Origin: an uncultured bacterium | Lineage (GTDB): Bacteria; Hydrogenedentota; Hydrogenedentia; Hydrogenedentales; JAEUWI01 | Direction of reading: 5' to 3' | DNA: 38,233 nt | Assembly (NCBI GenBank): GCA_963977445.1 | Contig: CAXBPH010000032.1 | Span: 1-38,233 of the forward strand | Shown: one piece after another, positions 20,127 through 29,399 of the stretch | How the letters are laid out: each line of letters starts with the position of its first letter | Position numbering within the stretch: the first letter of the stretch is position 1 | Notes under the pieces: generated by a model | Database searches by the model: none | What the model saw: only the letters and a program-made list of their open reading frames with translations | What the model was told of the DNA's origin: nothing | Program-made: the position numbers and the translations under genes

Positions 20127-20582
20127 TCAGCAGCCGAATTGCCGCAGATGGTGTTCAAAATGGAGCACGTGAAAGCGATCCCATCCATCTATATCCAACT
20201 TCCCAAAGGTTGGGTGGGGGGCGGGTTGTAGTTCATCCGCCTGGACCAGGCCCAGATATTCTTCCAGGAGCGCGTCGAGGGTTTCGAGGTCACCGGGTTC
20301 ACGGGTGCGCAGGCCCTGACGCTGCAAGGTGCGGGAGGCCCGGCTGTCTCGGGAGAGGGGAATGGCCCCCACGAGTATGAGCGGCCGTGCCACATAGCGG
20401 GTGAAGCAATTTCCCACGAAGGGTATCGTGCGAGAGCGCCCCATGGAGTGGCGCATGGCCCAAATCAGGTGCTCAATCATACCGTCACGATTTAAATCGC
20501 CCCACCGGGGGCACGCGTGCCGATCTATATTGCCGAGGCGGCTAACCACCTCCTCTGCATAATCCCCATCAAAGTGGTGCAT
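20127..20582 (-). CDS. DUF1569/DinB-like protein
   Basis: WGDLN..MIEHL, PHPTFG and HFEHHLRQFG motifs. Confidence 0.75.
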   Translation of the reverse strand: MHHFDGDYAEEVVSRLGNIDRHACPRWGDLNRDGMIEHLIWAMRHSMGRSRTIPFVGNCFTRYVARPLILVGAIPLSRDSRASRTLQRQGLRTREPGDLETLDALLEEYLGLVQADELQPAPHPTFGKLDIDGWDRFHVLHFEHHLRQFGC

Positions 20583-20658
20583 ACTGGTAAATCTTCCCTG
20601 CGTTCTCTCCTGTTGCTCATGTTACCACGAAGTTGCCCAATCCTTACAAATAGCCACG

Positions 20659-21768
20659 TTATTTTTCCGGAATCAAGCGGAGTTCCTGCCAGTCAATTGT
20701 GGCCCCATCGCGGTGCATTTGCAAGGTGATGTGGCCGGGAAGCAGTTTTTCCAGCTTGTCCGTCTCCGCTGACTTCTGGCCGTTGATGTAGGTCGTCCCG
20801 TGGTTTCCAGTCACAAATACCTGCAACAGGTTCCAGCCACCGGGGGTGAAGATATCGTCACGGCCCCGCACCAGCCCGTAAATGCTGCCGGAGGTCATCC
20901 CCACCCCTGGCAGATCGAGGAGCTGAATCTCATGGCCCCGGTCGGAGTCGTCCGTTTGCCAGCGAAAGAACACGCCGCCATTGGCCGACGAGCTGGTTCG
21001 GTAGTAACACTGAAAGGAGAAATCACGGCATACCTCGCTGAACTGCAGGTAGCCGTTGCCGCCGGTGCCTCGTAACATGTCCTCTTCAACGGTCCACCAC
21101 GCCCGCTTGTTGCGGACCGGGGTCCAGCCGGTGAGGTCTTTTCCGTTGAACATTTCGATGGCTTTGGCGCTATCGGGCAGGGGCGTCAATTCCAGGTTGC
21201 GGATATTCATGCCCCAGCCGAGATTATTTTGAAATCCGATGCGCCCGGTGCGCAGGGTATGCCGAAGGCGCGGGTGTTCCTCGAGGTTGATTTCCTGGAC
21301 TATCCTGTCATTGATAGTTACGTGGAGTTGGGGCCAATCCATCCGTACCGTACAGGTATTCCAGTTTTCCGCTTCCTTCACCGCCACTTCCCGGGGCGCG
21401 ACATGGCGAAATATGGCCCCTGCACGGAAGGGGTCGGGCGGATCACCTGCATGGTCCCCGAGTTCGATCTCTATGCCAGCCCGGTACGCCCCGTTCCAGG
21501 GTACGTGGAGATAGAGCCCCGATTCCTCCCACGCGTGGTACTTGAATTCAAACGTGAGTTCAAAATTCTCATAATCCTCCCGCGTGAGAATGGCAGAGGG
21601 TTCGCTTTGCCCTTGTTGAATTCGGAGTTCACCGTTCTCAATGGCAAAGGAGGTGGCAGAACCGCCCTGCGCAATCCAGGATTCGGGGCTGTCCAGCAGG
21701 CGGAGTGGGGCGGACCCTGCGGCGTTCAGGACCATGGTAAGGAATAGCACTGTTACGAAGGTTTTCAT
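20659..21768 (-). CDS. Secreted tandem DUF1080 (3-keto-disaccharide hydrolase-like) protein
   Basis: MFNGKDLTGW, YENFEL, NGGVFFR, HEIQ, GRIGFQ and GHITLQ in two domains, plus signal peptide MKTFVTVLFL. Confidence 0.8.
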   Translation of the reverse strand: MKTFVTVLFLTMVLNAAGSAPLRLLDSPESWIAQGGSATSFAIENGELRIQQGQSEPSAILTREDYENFELTFEFKYHAWEESGLYLHVPWNGAYRAGIEIELGDHAGDPPDPFRAGAIFRHVAPREVAVKEAENWNTCTVRMDWPQLHVTINDRIVQEINLEEHPRLRHTLRTGRIGFQNNLGWGMNIRNLELTPLPDSAKAIEMFNGKDLTGWTPVRNKRAWWTVEEDMLRGTGGNGYLQFSEVCRDFSFQCYYRTSSSANGGVFFRWQTDDSDRGHEIQLLDLPGVGMTSGSIYGLVRGRDDIFTPGGWNLLQVFVTGNHGTTYINGQKSAETDKLEKLLPGHITLQMHRDGATIDWQELRLIPEK

Positions 21769-22139
21769 TTCCAGAATCGCTCCTGATTTGGGTTGTGTAC
21801 CCGATATAATTGCCGTAATCCTGCCATTCGACAGGAGAAAGCTACATAGCAGAAGATCTTGCATGATTATAAGTTACCAAAATGTAGGATTTTGGATGGG
21901 GTCTGCATCGCTGTTTTGTTTAACCAACGTCGATCGTCGCTTATGGTAGTTTATAAGTCCTTGCGGTGTAAAGTTTTGTGTCTGTTCTTGACATTTGTTG
22001 AGCTTGTTCTGTATCATACGCTGTGGAATGAACTGCAATTGTCACGCCAGTACTTGGGTCCTGAATGTCGACCAGCAGTCCTCCCCGCACTGATTCCCTT
22101 TCCAGGCACAACCGTATAGTAATAAAAGGTGGATTCATT

Positions 22140-25100
22140 TTGTCTAAGAGAGAAATATCCCGGAGCGGGTTGTACGAACCGTATTATGAGCATGATGCTT
22201 GTGGTATTGGGTTCATGTGCAACATCGACGGAAAGCGCTCCCACGAAGTAATTCAAAACGGCCTTCAGATTTTAGTCAATTTGACCCACCGAGGGGCCTG
22301 TGGCTGCGATCCGGAAACCGGTGATGGTTGTGGCATTATGCTTCACCTCCCCCATGAACTCTTCAAGGAAGACGTTCTGGAGCACGGTTTCGAGTTGCCT
22401 GAACCGGGCGACTACGGCGTGGGCATGATTTTCCTGCCAAAAGATCGGGAATCCCGTGAGTCGTGCATGCAGATCCTCAACAAGGCGATTTCCGAGGGAG
22501 ATCAGGAATTGCTCGGTTGGCGTGACGTGCCCCGGAATTCTGAGGCCATCGGCTGGTTGGCCCGTGAAAACGAACCCACCGTTCGCCAGGTTTTCATTCG
22601 TCGCTCGGAAGATCTTAGTATAGATGAGTTTGAGCGTAGGCTTTACGTCATTCGCAAATCGGCCACCCAGATGATCGGCAACTCGGTCATTTCGGGCAAG
22701 TCTGAATATTATGTGCCCAGCATGTCAGCCCGCACGATCGTGTACAAGGGCCTCATGCTCCCCGACGCAATGGACAAGTACTATCTTGACCTGGCGGATG
22801 AGCGGGCCATGAGCGGCATGGCCCTGGTGCACCAGCGGTACAGCACGAACACCTTGCCTGCCTGGTCGCTGGCCCAGCCCTTCCGCTTTCTGGCGCACAA
22901 CGGTGAAATCAATACCCTTCGCGGTAATCTGAACATGATGGACTCCCGTGAGCATCACTTTGAGAGCTCGCTTTTCGGTGAGGATCTGGCCAAGGTTCGC
23001 CCCATACTCAGTCCCGGTTCCAGTGATTCGGCCAACTTCGACAACGCCTTCGAGCTGTTGGTGCGTGGTGGTCGCGATGTGGACCATGCCATGGCGATGA
23101 TGGTTCCAGAGCCCTGGAGCGGTCATGAGAGCATGCCCGACGACAAAAAAGCATTCTACGAATTCCACGCCTGCAAGATGGAGCCGTGGGATGGTCCTGC
23201 TTCCATGGCCTTCTCCGATGGTGTGCGTATTGGCGCCGTGTTGGACCGGAATGGTCTTCGGCCATCGCGCTATTGGGTCACCAGTGACAACCAGGTCATC
23301 ATGGCTTCCGAAGCGGGCGTGCTGCACCACATCACACAAGATAAGGTGGTGAAAAAGGGGCGCCTCGAGCCTGGCCGTATGTTCCTCGTCGACATGGCCG
23401 AGGGTCGCATCGTTGATGACGCCGAACTCAAAGAGAAATTTGCCAACCGCAATCCTTACCGGGAGTGGCTGGACACGTATCGTATTGAGATGCCGACGGA
23501 TTTGGAGGAAGGGACTTCCACCCAGGAAGAAACGCCTCTTATGGAACGTCAGCAGGTCTTTGGCTATACCCGTGAGGATATGGAAATTATTCTCACGCCG
23601 ATGGCCGAAGATGGAAAAGAGCCAACGGGCTCCATGGGTAACGACGCCGCGCTGGCGGTGCTTTCGCCCCGTCCCCAGTTGCTCTTTAATTACTTTAAGC
23701 AGCTTTTTGCCCAAGTGACGAACCCGCCCATTGACCCGATTCGCGAAGATATCGTTATGTCTCTCGAGACCGATATCGGCCTGGAAGGGAACCTGTTGGG
23801 CGAGAGTCCCGAAGACTGTAAGCAGCTTCATCTCAAGTCTCCCATTCTCAGCAACGCGCAGTTGGACTTCATTAAGAAACTGGATCGCGACGGATTTCGT
23901 GCTGCGGTCGTTTCTACCCTTTTTGAAGCCGACAAGGGTCCGGCCGAAATGGACCGGGCGCTACACGCTATCTGCAAAGAAGCGGCACGTTGTCTTGAAG
24001 ACGGCGCGAATATGATCATCCTGTCGGATCGTGGTGTGAGTAAAAAACTTGCTCCGATTCCCAGTCTGATGGCCACGGGTGCGGTTCACCAGTATCTGGT
24101 GCACAAGCACAAGCGCAGTGAATGCGGGTTGATTATCGAGACCGGTGAAGCCCGCGAAGTTATGCATTTTGCCCTGCTTACGGGCTACGGCGCTGGCGCG
24201 GTGAACCCCTACCTGGCGTTGGAAACTCTGGACGACCTGAAGCATCGTGAAATGTTCGTCGAGAAGAAGCCGGGTATGGCCCACAAAAATTATATTAAGG
24301 CCCTCGAAAAGGGTCTGCTGAAGGTCATGTCGAAAATCGGCATTTCCACGCAGCAGAGTTATCGTTGTGCCCAGATTTTCGAGGCGGTTGGCCTGAATTC
24401 GGCCATCGTGGAGCGCTGCTTTTCCGGTACGGCATCACGTATCGAAGGTATTGGGCTCAAGGAAGTCGCCTTGGAAAGCCTGATGCGCCATGCCATGGCC
24501 TACCCCGAGAAACCTGCCCGCCGCGCTGAACTTGATGTGGGTGGTGCCTATCGCTGGCGTCGTCGTGGCGAATTCCACCAGTGGAATCCCGAGACCGTCG
24601 CCAAACTGCAGCATTCCACCAGTCAGAATAATCAGAAGACCTACGATGAGTTTGCGGAAGAAGTGAACAATCGTAACCGGACCCTTGCGGCCCTGCGTGG
24701 TCTGTTGGAATTCAAAGAAGGCACACCCATTCCGCTGGAACAGGTGGAGCCTGCCTCTGAGATCGTGAAGCGCTTTTGCACCGGTGCCATGTCCTATGGC
24801 TCGATTAGTGCGGAGTCCCACGAAAATCTCGCCATTGCTATGAATCGCATCGGTGGTCGCAGCAATACGGGTGAAGGTGGTGAAGATCCCCGTCGTTTTG
24901 AGCGGGATGAAAAAGGCGATCTCCGTCGAAGCGCCATTAAGCAGGTGGCTTCAGGACGCTTTGGCGTGACCAACGAATATCTCGTTAATTCTGATGAGCT
25001 TCAAATCAAAATGGCTCAAGGTGCCAAGCCCGGCGAAGGTGGTCAGCTTCCCGGCCATAAAGTATTCGAGAATATCGCAACGGTTCGTTATTCGACGCCG

Positions 25101-26675
25101 GGTGTCGAGCTCATTTCTCCGCCACCCCACCATGATATCTATTCCATTGAAGATTTGGCGCAGCTTATCCACGACCTGAAGAACGCCAACGTTCACGGCA
25201 ATGTTTCTGTGAAGCTGGTATCGGAAGTCGGGGTCGGCACCATCGCTGCCGGTGTTTCCAAAGGTAAGGCCGACTTGGTCCTTATCAGCGGACACGACGG
25301 CGGCACGGGTGCTTCGCCACTGACGTCTATCAAGTATGCTGGACTTCCCTGGGAGCTTGGCCTGACGGAGACCCACCAGGTACTGGTCGAAAACGACCTC
25401 CGTGATCGCATCCGCGTCCAGGTGGACGGCCAGATGAAAACCGGTCGCGACGTCGCCATCGGGGCGCTGTTGGGTGCCGACGAGTTTGGTTTTGCTACGG
25501 CTCCCCTTATCGTCTCCGGCTGTATCATGATGCGCAAGTGTCATTTGAATACCTGCCCGGTGGGTATTGCTACCCAGGACCCAGAGCTGCGGAAGAAATT
25601 CCAAGGCAAGCCCGAACACGTGGTGAACTATTTCTTCTTCGTGGCCGAAGAGTGCCGCAAGATAATGGCGGAGTTGGGATTTCGGACCATGACGGAAATG
25701 GTAGGCCGCGCTGACATGCTTAAGTTTTCGCCCTTGCCAGAGCATTGGAAAGCCAAGCACCTCGACTTCTCCCGGGTGCTTCATGTGGCGAAGGCGTGGG
25801 ATAATTCCACCCTCCATCACAGCAAGACTCAGGATCATGGTCTGGACGGTGCGTTGGACCATACGCTTATTGAACAGGCCAAGGCCGCATTGGAAAAGAA
25901 GGAAAAGGTTCGCATTAAGGTTGATATCAAAAACGTCAACCGAACGGTGGGCACGATGCTCTCCAGCGAACTGACCCGTCGCCACGGCCTGGGAATGTAT
26001 ACGGGCAGTCTTCCGGAAGATTTGGTCTGGATTGATTGCATGGGTATCGGTGGCAACAGTTTTGGTGCCTTTATCATCCAGGGTGTTACACTCAACATCG
26101 TTGGGGAAAGCAATGACTATGTGGGTAAAGGACTTTCTGGCGGTAAGATCATTGTATCGCCCTCGCCAGAATTTTCGGGTATCCCAGGTGAGAATATTAT
26201 TATCGGCAACGTGGCGCTCTACGGTGCGACCGCTGGTCAGGCCTATATCAACGGTGTGGCAGGTGAGCGTTTCGCCGTCCGTAACAGTGGTGCCTGGACC
26301 GTCGTTGAAGGGGTTGGCGGCCATGGTTGCGAATACATGACCGGGGGACGGGTTGCTGTCCTCGGTGAGACGGGACGTAACTTTGCCGCCGGTATGAGTG
26401 GTGGCATCGCCTACATTTATGATAAGAGCGGGTCCTTCTCCCTGAAGTGCAACATGGGTAGTGTGGACTTGAAGGGGCTGCATGCCGATAGCGTCGTCGA
26501 CCTGAAGACCATGCTCGAAAATCACGTTAAATACACCGACAGCGCCGTGGCGAAATCCATACTGGCAAACTGGACCGAAGAGCAGCAGCACTTCGTCCGC
26601 GTTATGCCCCGTGATTATGCCCGCGTTTTGAAGCAGCAAAAACAGGAACAGCCGGAGGTAACCCATGCTTCCTGA
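22140..26675 (+). CDS. gltB: Glutamate synthase large subunit
   Basis: EHDACGIG, HQRYSTNT, AHNGEINT, EPWDGPA, QGAKPGEGGQL, CHLNTCPVG and GXGXG repeats. Probable start is TTG at 22140 after AAAGGTGG. Confidence 0.98.
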   Translation: MSKREISRSGLYEPYYEHDACGIGFMCNIDGKRSHEVIQNGLQILVNLTHRGACGCDPETGDGCGIMLHLPHELFKEDVLEHGFELPEPGDYGVGMIFLPKDRESRESCMQILNKAISEGDQELLGWRDVPRNSEAIGWLARENEPTVRQVFIRRSEDLSIDEFERRLYVIRKSATQMIGNSVISGKSEYYVPSMSARTIVYKGLMLPDAMDKYYLDLADERAMSGMALVHQRYSTNTLPAWSLAQPFRFLAHNGEINTLRGNLNMMDSREHHFESSLFGEDLAKVRPILSPGSSDSANFDNAFELLVRGGRDVDHAMAMMVPEPWSGHESMPDDKKAFYEFHACKMEPWDGPASMAFSDGVRIGAVLDRNGLRPSRYWVTSDNQVIMASEAGVLHHITQDKVVKKGRLEPGRMFLVDMAEGRIVDDAELKEKFANRNPYREWLDTYRIEMPTDLEEGTSTQEETPLMERQQVFGYTREDMEIILTPMAEDGKEPTGSMGNDAALAVLSPRPQLLFNYFKQLFAQVTNPPIDPIREDIVMSLETDIGLEGNLLGESPEDCKQLHLKSPILSNAQLDFIKKLDRDGFRAAVVSTLFEADKGPAEMDRALHAICKEAARCLEDGANMIILSDRGVSKKLAPIPSLMATGAVHQYLVHKHKRSECGLIIETGEAREVMHFALLTGYGAGAVNPYLALETLDDLKHREMFVEKKPGMAHKNYIKALEKGLLKVMSKIGISTQQSYRCAQIFEAVGLNSAIVERCFSGTASRIEGIGLKEVALESLMRHAMAYPEKPARRAELDVGGAYRWRRRGEFHQWNPETVAKLQHSTSQNNQKTYDEFAEEVNNRNRTLAALRGLLEFKEGTPIPLEQVEPASEIVKRFCTGAMSYGSISAESHENLAIAMNRIGGRSNTGEGGEDPRRFERDEKGDLRRSAIKQVASGRFGVTNEYLVNSDELQIKMAQGAKPGEGGQLPGHKVFENIATVRYSTPGVELISPPPHHDIYSIEDLAQLIHDLKNANVHGNVSVKLVSEVGVGTIAAGVSKGKADLVLISGHDGGTGASPLTSIKYAGLPWELGLTETHQVLVENDLRDRIRVQVDGQMKTGRDVAIGALLGADEFGFATAPLIVSGCIMMRKCHLNTCPVGIATQDPELRKKFQGKPEHVVNYFFFVAEECRKIMAELGFRTMTEMVGRADMLKFSPLPEHWKAKHLDFSRVLHVAKAWDNSTLHHSKTQDHGLDGALDHTLIEQAKAALEKKEKVRIKVDIKNVNRTVGTMLSSELTRRHGLGMYTGSLPEDLVWIDCMGIGGNSFGAFIIQGVTLNIVGESNDYVGKGLSGGKIIVSPSPEFSGIPGENIIIGNVALYGATAGQAYINGVAGERFAVRNSGAWTVVEGVGGHGCEYMTGGRVAVLGETGRNFAAGMSGGIAYIYDKSGSFSLKCNMGSVDLKGLHADSVVDLKTMLENHVKYTDSAVAKSILANWTEEQQHFVRVMPRDYARVLKQQKQEQPEVTHAS

Positions 26676-28185
26676 TAAAGAAAAAGGGTTCATGCTCTTC
26701 GATCGCGAATTGCCGCAGGATGAAGCGCCGGATGAACGTCTGAAGCACTACAAAGAGTTTTCCACGTCGCTGCCGCCCGAGCGTATTACGGAGCAGGCGT
26801 ATCGTTGCATGAATTGCGGAATTCCTTTTTGTCATAGCGGTTGTCCGCTGGGCAATCAAATTCCCGATTTTAATGAACTGATGAAGGACGAGGATTGGGA
26901 AGAAGCGCTTCACGTGCTTCACTCAACCAATAATTTTCCAGAATTCACCGGTCGGGTGTGTCCTGCGCCATGCGAGACTGCCTGTGTGCTGGGCATCAAT
27001 GAGCCCGCCGTCACGATCGAAATCAACGAACGGGAAATCGCCGACCGCGGTTGGCGTGAGGGCTGGGTCACCCCACAAGTTCCAGAGCGGCGTACGGGCA
27101 AGACCGTTGCTGTAGTTGGCTCGGGGCCTGCGGGTCTTGCCGCTGCACAGCAGCTGAATCGTGCCGGGCACAATGTGGTCGTGTATGAGCGCTCCGATGA
27201 GCCCGGTGGATTGCTTATGTATGGCATTCCCAACTTCAAGCTCGATAAGCAGACCGTACTACGACGGGTTGGCCAGTTGAAAGAAGAAGGCGTTGAGTTT
27301 ATTTGCAATGCCGAAGTGGGTGTCAATGTACCCACCAGTAAGCTGGATCAATACGACGCTGTTCTCATTGCTATCGGTTCCACTAAAAGCCGTACCTTTG
27401 AGGGAATGAGTGTTCCCGGCTCTGACTTGAAGGGCATTTATCCGGCAATGGACTTTCTGCCCCAGCAGACGCGACGTGTCCTTGGTAAGACGGTAAAAGT
27501 AGAGGAAATACTGGCGACCGAGAAAAACGTTATCGTTATTGGCGGTGGAGATACCGGATCTGACTGCGTGGGAACAAGTTTGCGCCAGGGCTGTAAAAGC
27601 CTGGTCAACCTTGAGCTCATGCCGAAGCCCCCTGTGGATCGCGTGGGAAGCAATCCCTGGCCCCAGTGGTCCTTCGTGTTTCGCTCGTCTTCCAGCCACA
27701 AAGAAGGTGGTGAACGTCGGTACAGCGTGCTGACCAAGTCCTTTGAGGATGATGGTAAGGGCAATGTAAGCGCGTTGAATACCGTGCAGCTCGCGTGGGG
27801 CGAACCCGATGAAACGGGTCGCCGTCAGATGCAGGAAGTTCCCGGTACCGAAGAACGCATACCAGCAGAACTCGTGCTTCTGGCTATGGGATTCACCCAG
27901 CCGGAGACGGATACGTTCGTGAAGGAACTGGATCTGACGTTGGATCGCAATCGCTTTGGTCAGGGTATTCAAGCCAATACCCTGGACTTCATGACGACGA
28001 AAGACAAGTATTTTGTGGCCGGCGATGCCCGTCGTGGTCAGTCGCTGGTGGTCTGGGCGATACACGAAGGCCGTGAATCTGCACGGGCCATAGACCTGTA
28101 TCTCATGGGCGAGTCCACGTTGCAGGCCAGTGACAGCCAGGGATACGAGAGTCTCTCCCTTGAAGGTTCCCCCGTAGGCACCTGA
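26665..28185 (+). CDS. gltD: Glutamate synthase small subunit
   Basis: RCMNCGIPFC, GCPLGN, NNFPEFTGRVCPAPCE, GSGPAG, GGGDTGSDC and RRGQSLVVWAI. Confidence 0.97.
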   Translation: MLPDKEKGFMLFDRELPQDEAPDERLKHYKEFSTSLPPERITEQAYRCMNCGIPFCHSGCPLGNQIPDFNELMKDEDWEEALHVLHSTNNFPEFTGRVCPAPCETACVLGINEPAVTIEINEREIADRGWREGWVTPQVPERRTGKTVAVVGSGPAGLAAAQQLNRAGHNVVVYERSDEPGGLLMYGIPNFKLDKQTVLRRVGQLKEEGVEFICNAEVGVNVPTSKLDQYDAVLIAIGSTKSRTFEGMSVPGSDLKGIYPAMDFLPQQTRRVLGKTVKVEEILATEKNVIVIGGGDTGSDCVGTSLRQGCKSLVNLELMPKPPVDRVGSNPWPQWSFVFRSSSSHKEGGERRYSVLTKSFEDDGKGNVSALNTVQLAWGEPDETGRRQMQEVPGTEERIPAELVLLAMGFTQPETDTFVKELDLTLDRNRFGQGIQANTLDFMTTKDKYFVAGDARRGQSLVVWAIHEGRESARAIDLYLMGESTLQASDSQGYESLSLEGSPVGT

Positions 28186-28219
28186 GTCCACACCGCTTGA
28201 CCTATCAACGGCCTGGAAT

Positions 28220-28228
28220 TGGTATAAT
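28220..28228 (+). promoter_or_regulatory. Candidate extended -10 promoter upstream of the peptide array
   Basis: A perfect TGnTATAAT (TGGTATAAT). A TTGACC lies at 28197-28202 but with a 20 bp spacer. A second candidate, TGCTATGCT, is at ~28393-28401. Confidence 0.35.
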
Positions 28229-28436
28229 TTCCAATTTTGGGCCGTTTTTTTAGCCAACTGTCAGCAAAAGTGGAACTTTTTTCGTTTTACAGGGGATTAG
28301 ATGAAGAGGGTGTAACATCCTTGGCAGCCCGTCGGTACAGTAGGTATACCAAGGGCCGACGGCAGCACGGCTTCTACCATTAGAGGTCGGTGTGCTATGC
28401 TCTGGAGGTGCCCTTACTGTTGGAAGGAATTTACTG

Positions 28437-28586
28437 TTGAAACACCTGACATTGATTGCCCGAACACCCCTTCGCGCTGAGGAATTCACCACGGGACAGA
28501 AATTGAGCCTTGCCGCTGGAATTACGCAAGCTATTTCCGCCTTTTTCGTCACCAAAGAGCCCCCTGTGGTTACGACGACGCCCTGA
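28437..28586 (+). CDS. Putative precursor peptide P1 (49 aa)
   Basis: TTG start after AAGGA. Translation: MKHLTLIARTPLRA-EEFTTGQKLSLAAGITQAISAFFVTKEPPVVTTTP. Confidence 0.8.
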   Translation: MKHLTLIARTPLRAEEFTTGQKLSLAAGITQAISAFFVTKEPPVVTTTP

Positions 28587-28632
28587 TTCCTACGTTTTCA
28601 TCAACGAATACGGATACGAAGAGGAAGCTATT

Positions 28633-28830
28633 TTGAAACATTTACGCACCATATCCTGCACGCCCCTACAGGCGCAGCAAGCAAGTTTTAGTTTTGCAGC
28701 TATTTTTTCACTGGTTGCGGATATCCTCGCCGCTGTTGCCTTGGCCGTTACTGCCAAGGAAAGTTCCAATTTGACCGGCCTGACCGGTCTCCTGACGGGC
28801 GGCACGAGCGGCACGAGCACCCCTCCCTGA
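28633..28830 (+). CDS. Putative precursor peptide P2 (65 aa)
   Basis: TTG start after GAGGA. Translation: MKHLRTISCTPLQA-QQASFSFAAIFSLVADILAAVALAVTAKESSNLTGLTGLLTGGTSGTSTPP. Confidence 0.8.
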   Translation: MKHLRTISCTPLQAQQASFSFAAIFSLVADILAAVALAVTAKESSNLTGLTGLLTGGTSGTSTPP

Positions 28831-28935
28831 AGAGATTGCATGGTAGTGGTCGGCGAGAAGCTGATACTTGAAACGAGTACCTAACCAGAGGCTTCCTGCA
28901 TCGTATTGTAGTCGCAGGGCCAGGAGGGAATATTG

Positions 28936-29103
28936 ATGCGACATTTGACGTGCTTATCCAAGCGTCCGGAACGGGCACAAACGGGGGTTTGCGCCACTAT
29001 AGGAAGTGACTACCAGGCGCTGCTATGCTTCATCATTGAAGCGCTCAATACGGTTTTCCCCAGCTTCATCCAGTCAAAGACGCCAACGCAGACCGCGATC
29101 TGA
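28936..29103 (+). CDS. Putative precursor peptide P3 (55 aa; not in the ORF track)
   Basis: ATG after a strong AGGAGG SD. Translation: MRHLTCLSKRPERA-QTGVCATIGSDYQALLCFIIEALNTVFPSFIQSKTPTQTAI. Confidence 0.85.
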   Translation: MRHLTCLSKRPERAQTGVCATIGSDYQALLCFIIEALNTVFPSFIQSKTPTQTAI

Positions 29104-29109
29104 TTGCGT

Positions 29110-29316
29110 ATGGGGAGCGGTGACCAGCGTGGGGCGGTCCACGTGAGAATGATAAGTCGAATTCCGGAAAGGGCGCAAAGCCTCGCGCCGGAAGTGAAGC
29201 TTACGTTCTTGCGAGAGCTTCTCGTCGCCTCGGGAGATACCTCGGCACTTCGTGGCTTCCTCACCGTGACCATCCCGCTCTTCGTCAACAAGGATCCAAG
29301 CAACCCCGCATCATAA
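29110..29316 (+). CDS. Putative precursor peptide P4 (start uncertain)
   Basis: Translation: (MGSGDQRGA)VHVRMISRIPERA-QSLAPEVKLTFLRELLVASGDTSALRGFLTVTIPLFVNKDPSNPAS. It carries the same leader motif. Confidence 0.75.
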   Translation: MGSGDQRGAVHVRMISRIPERAQSLAPEVKLTFLRELLVASGDTSALRGFLTVTIPLFVNKDPSNPAS

Positions 29317-29399
29317 TATATGGGGTTGCGTTTCAAACTTGTAGCGGCTGCCAAAATATGCTCTAATAGGCGGAACCGAGAACAAACCGGAGTGAGTAC

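Noticed and set aside
24951..26693. Long antisense ORFs over gltB/gltD (also 22725-23831 and 27259-28257)
   Set aside because: They are codon-bias shadows of well-conserved genes.
28397..28480. 27-aa ORF MLWRCPYCWKEFTVETPDIDCPNTPSR resembling a zinc ribbon or Cys-rich rSAM substrate
   Set aside because: It overlaps P1 out of frame, has only three Cys and lacks the shared leader, so it is probably chance.
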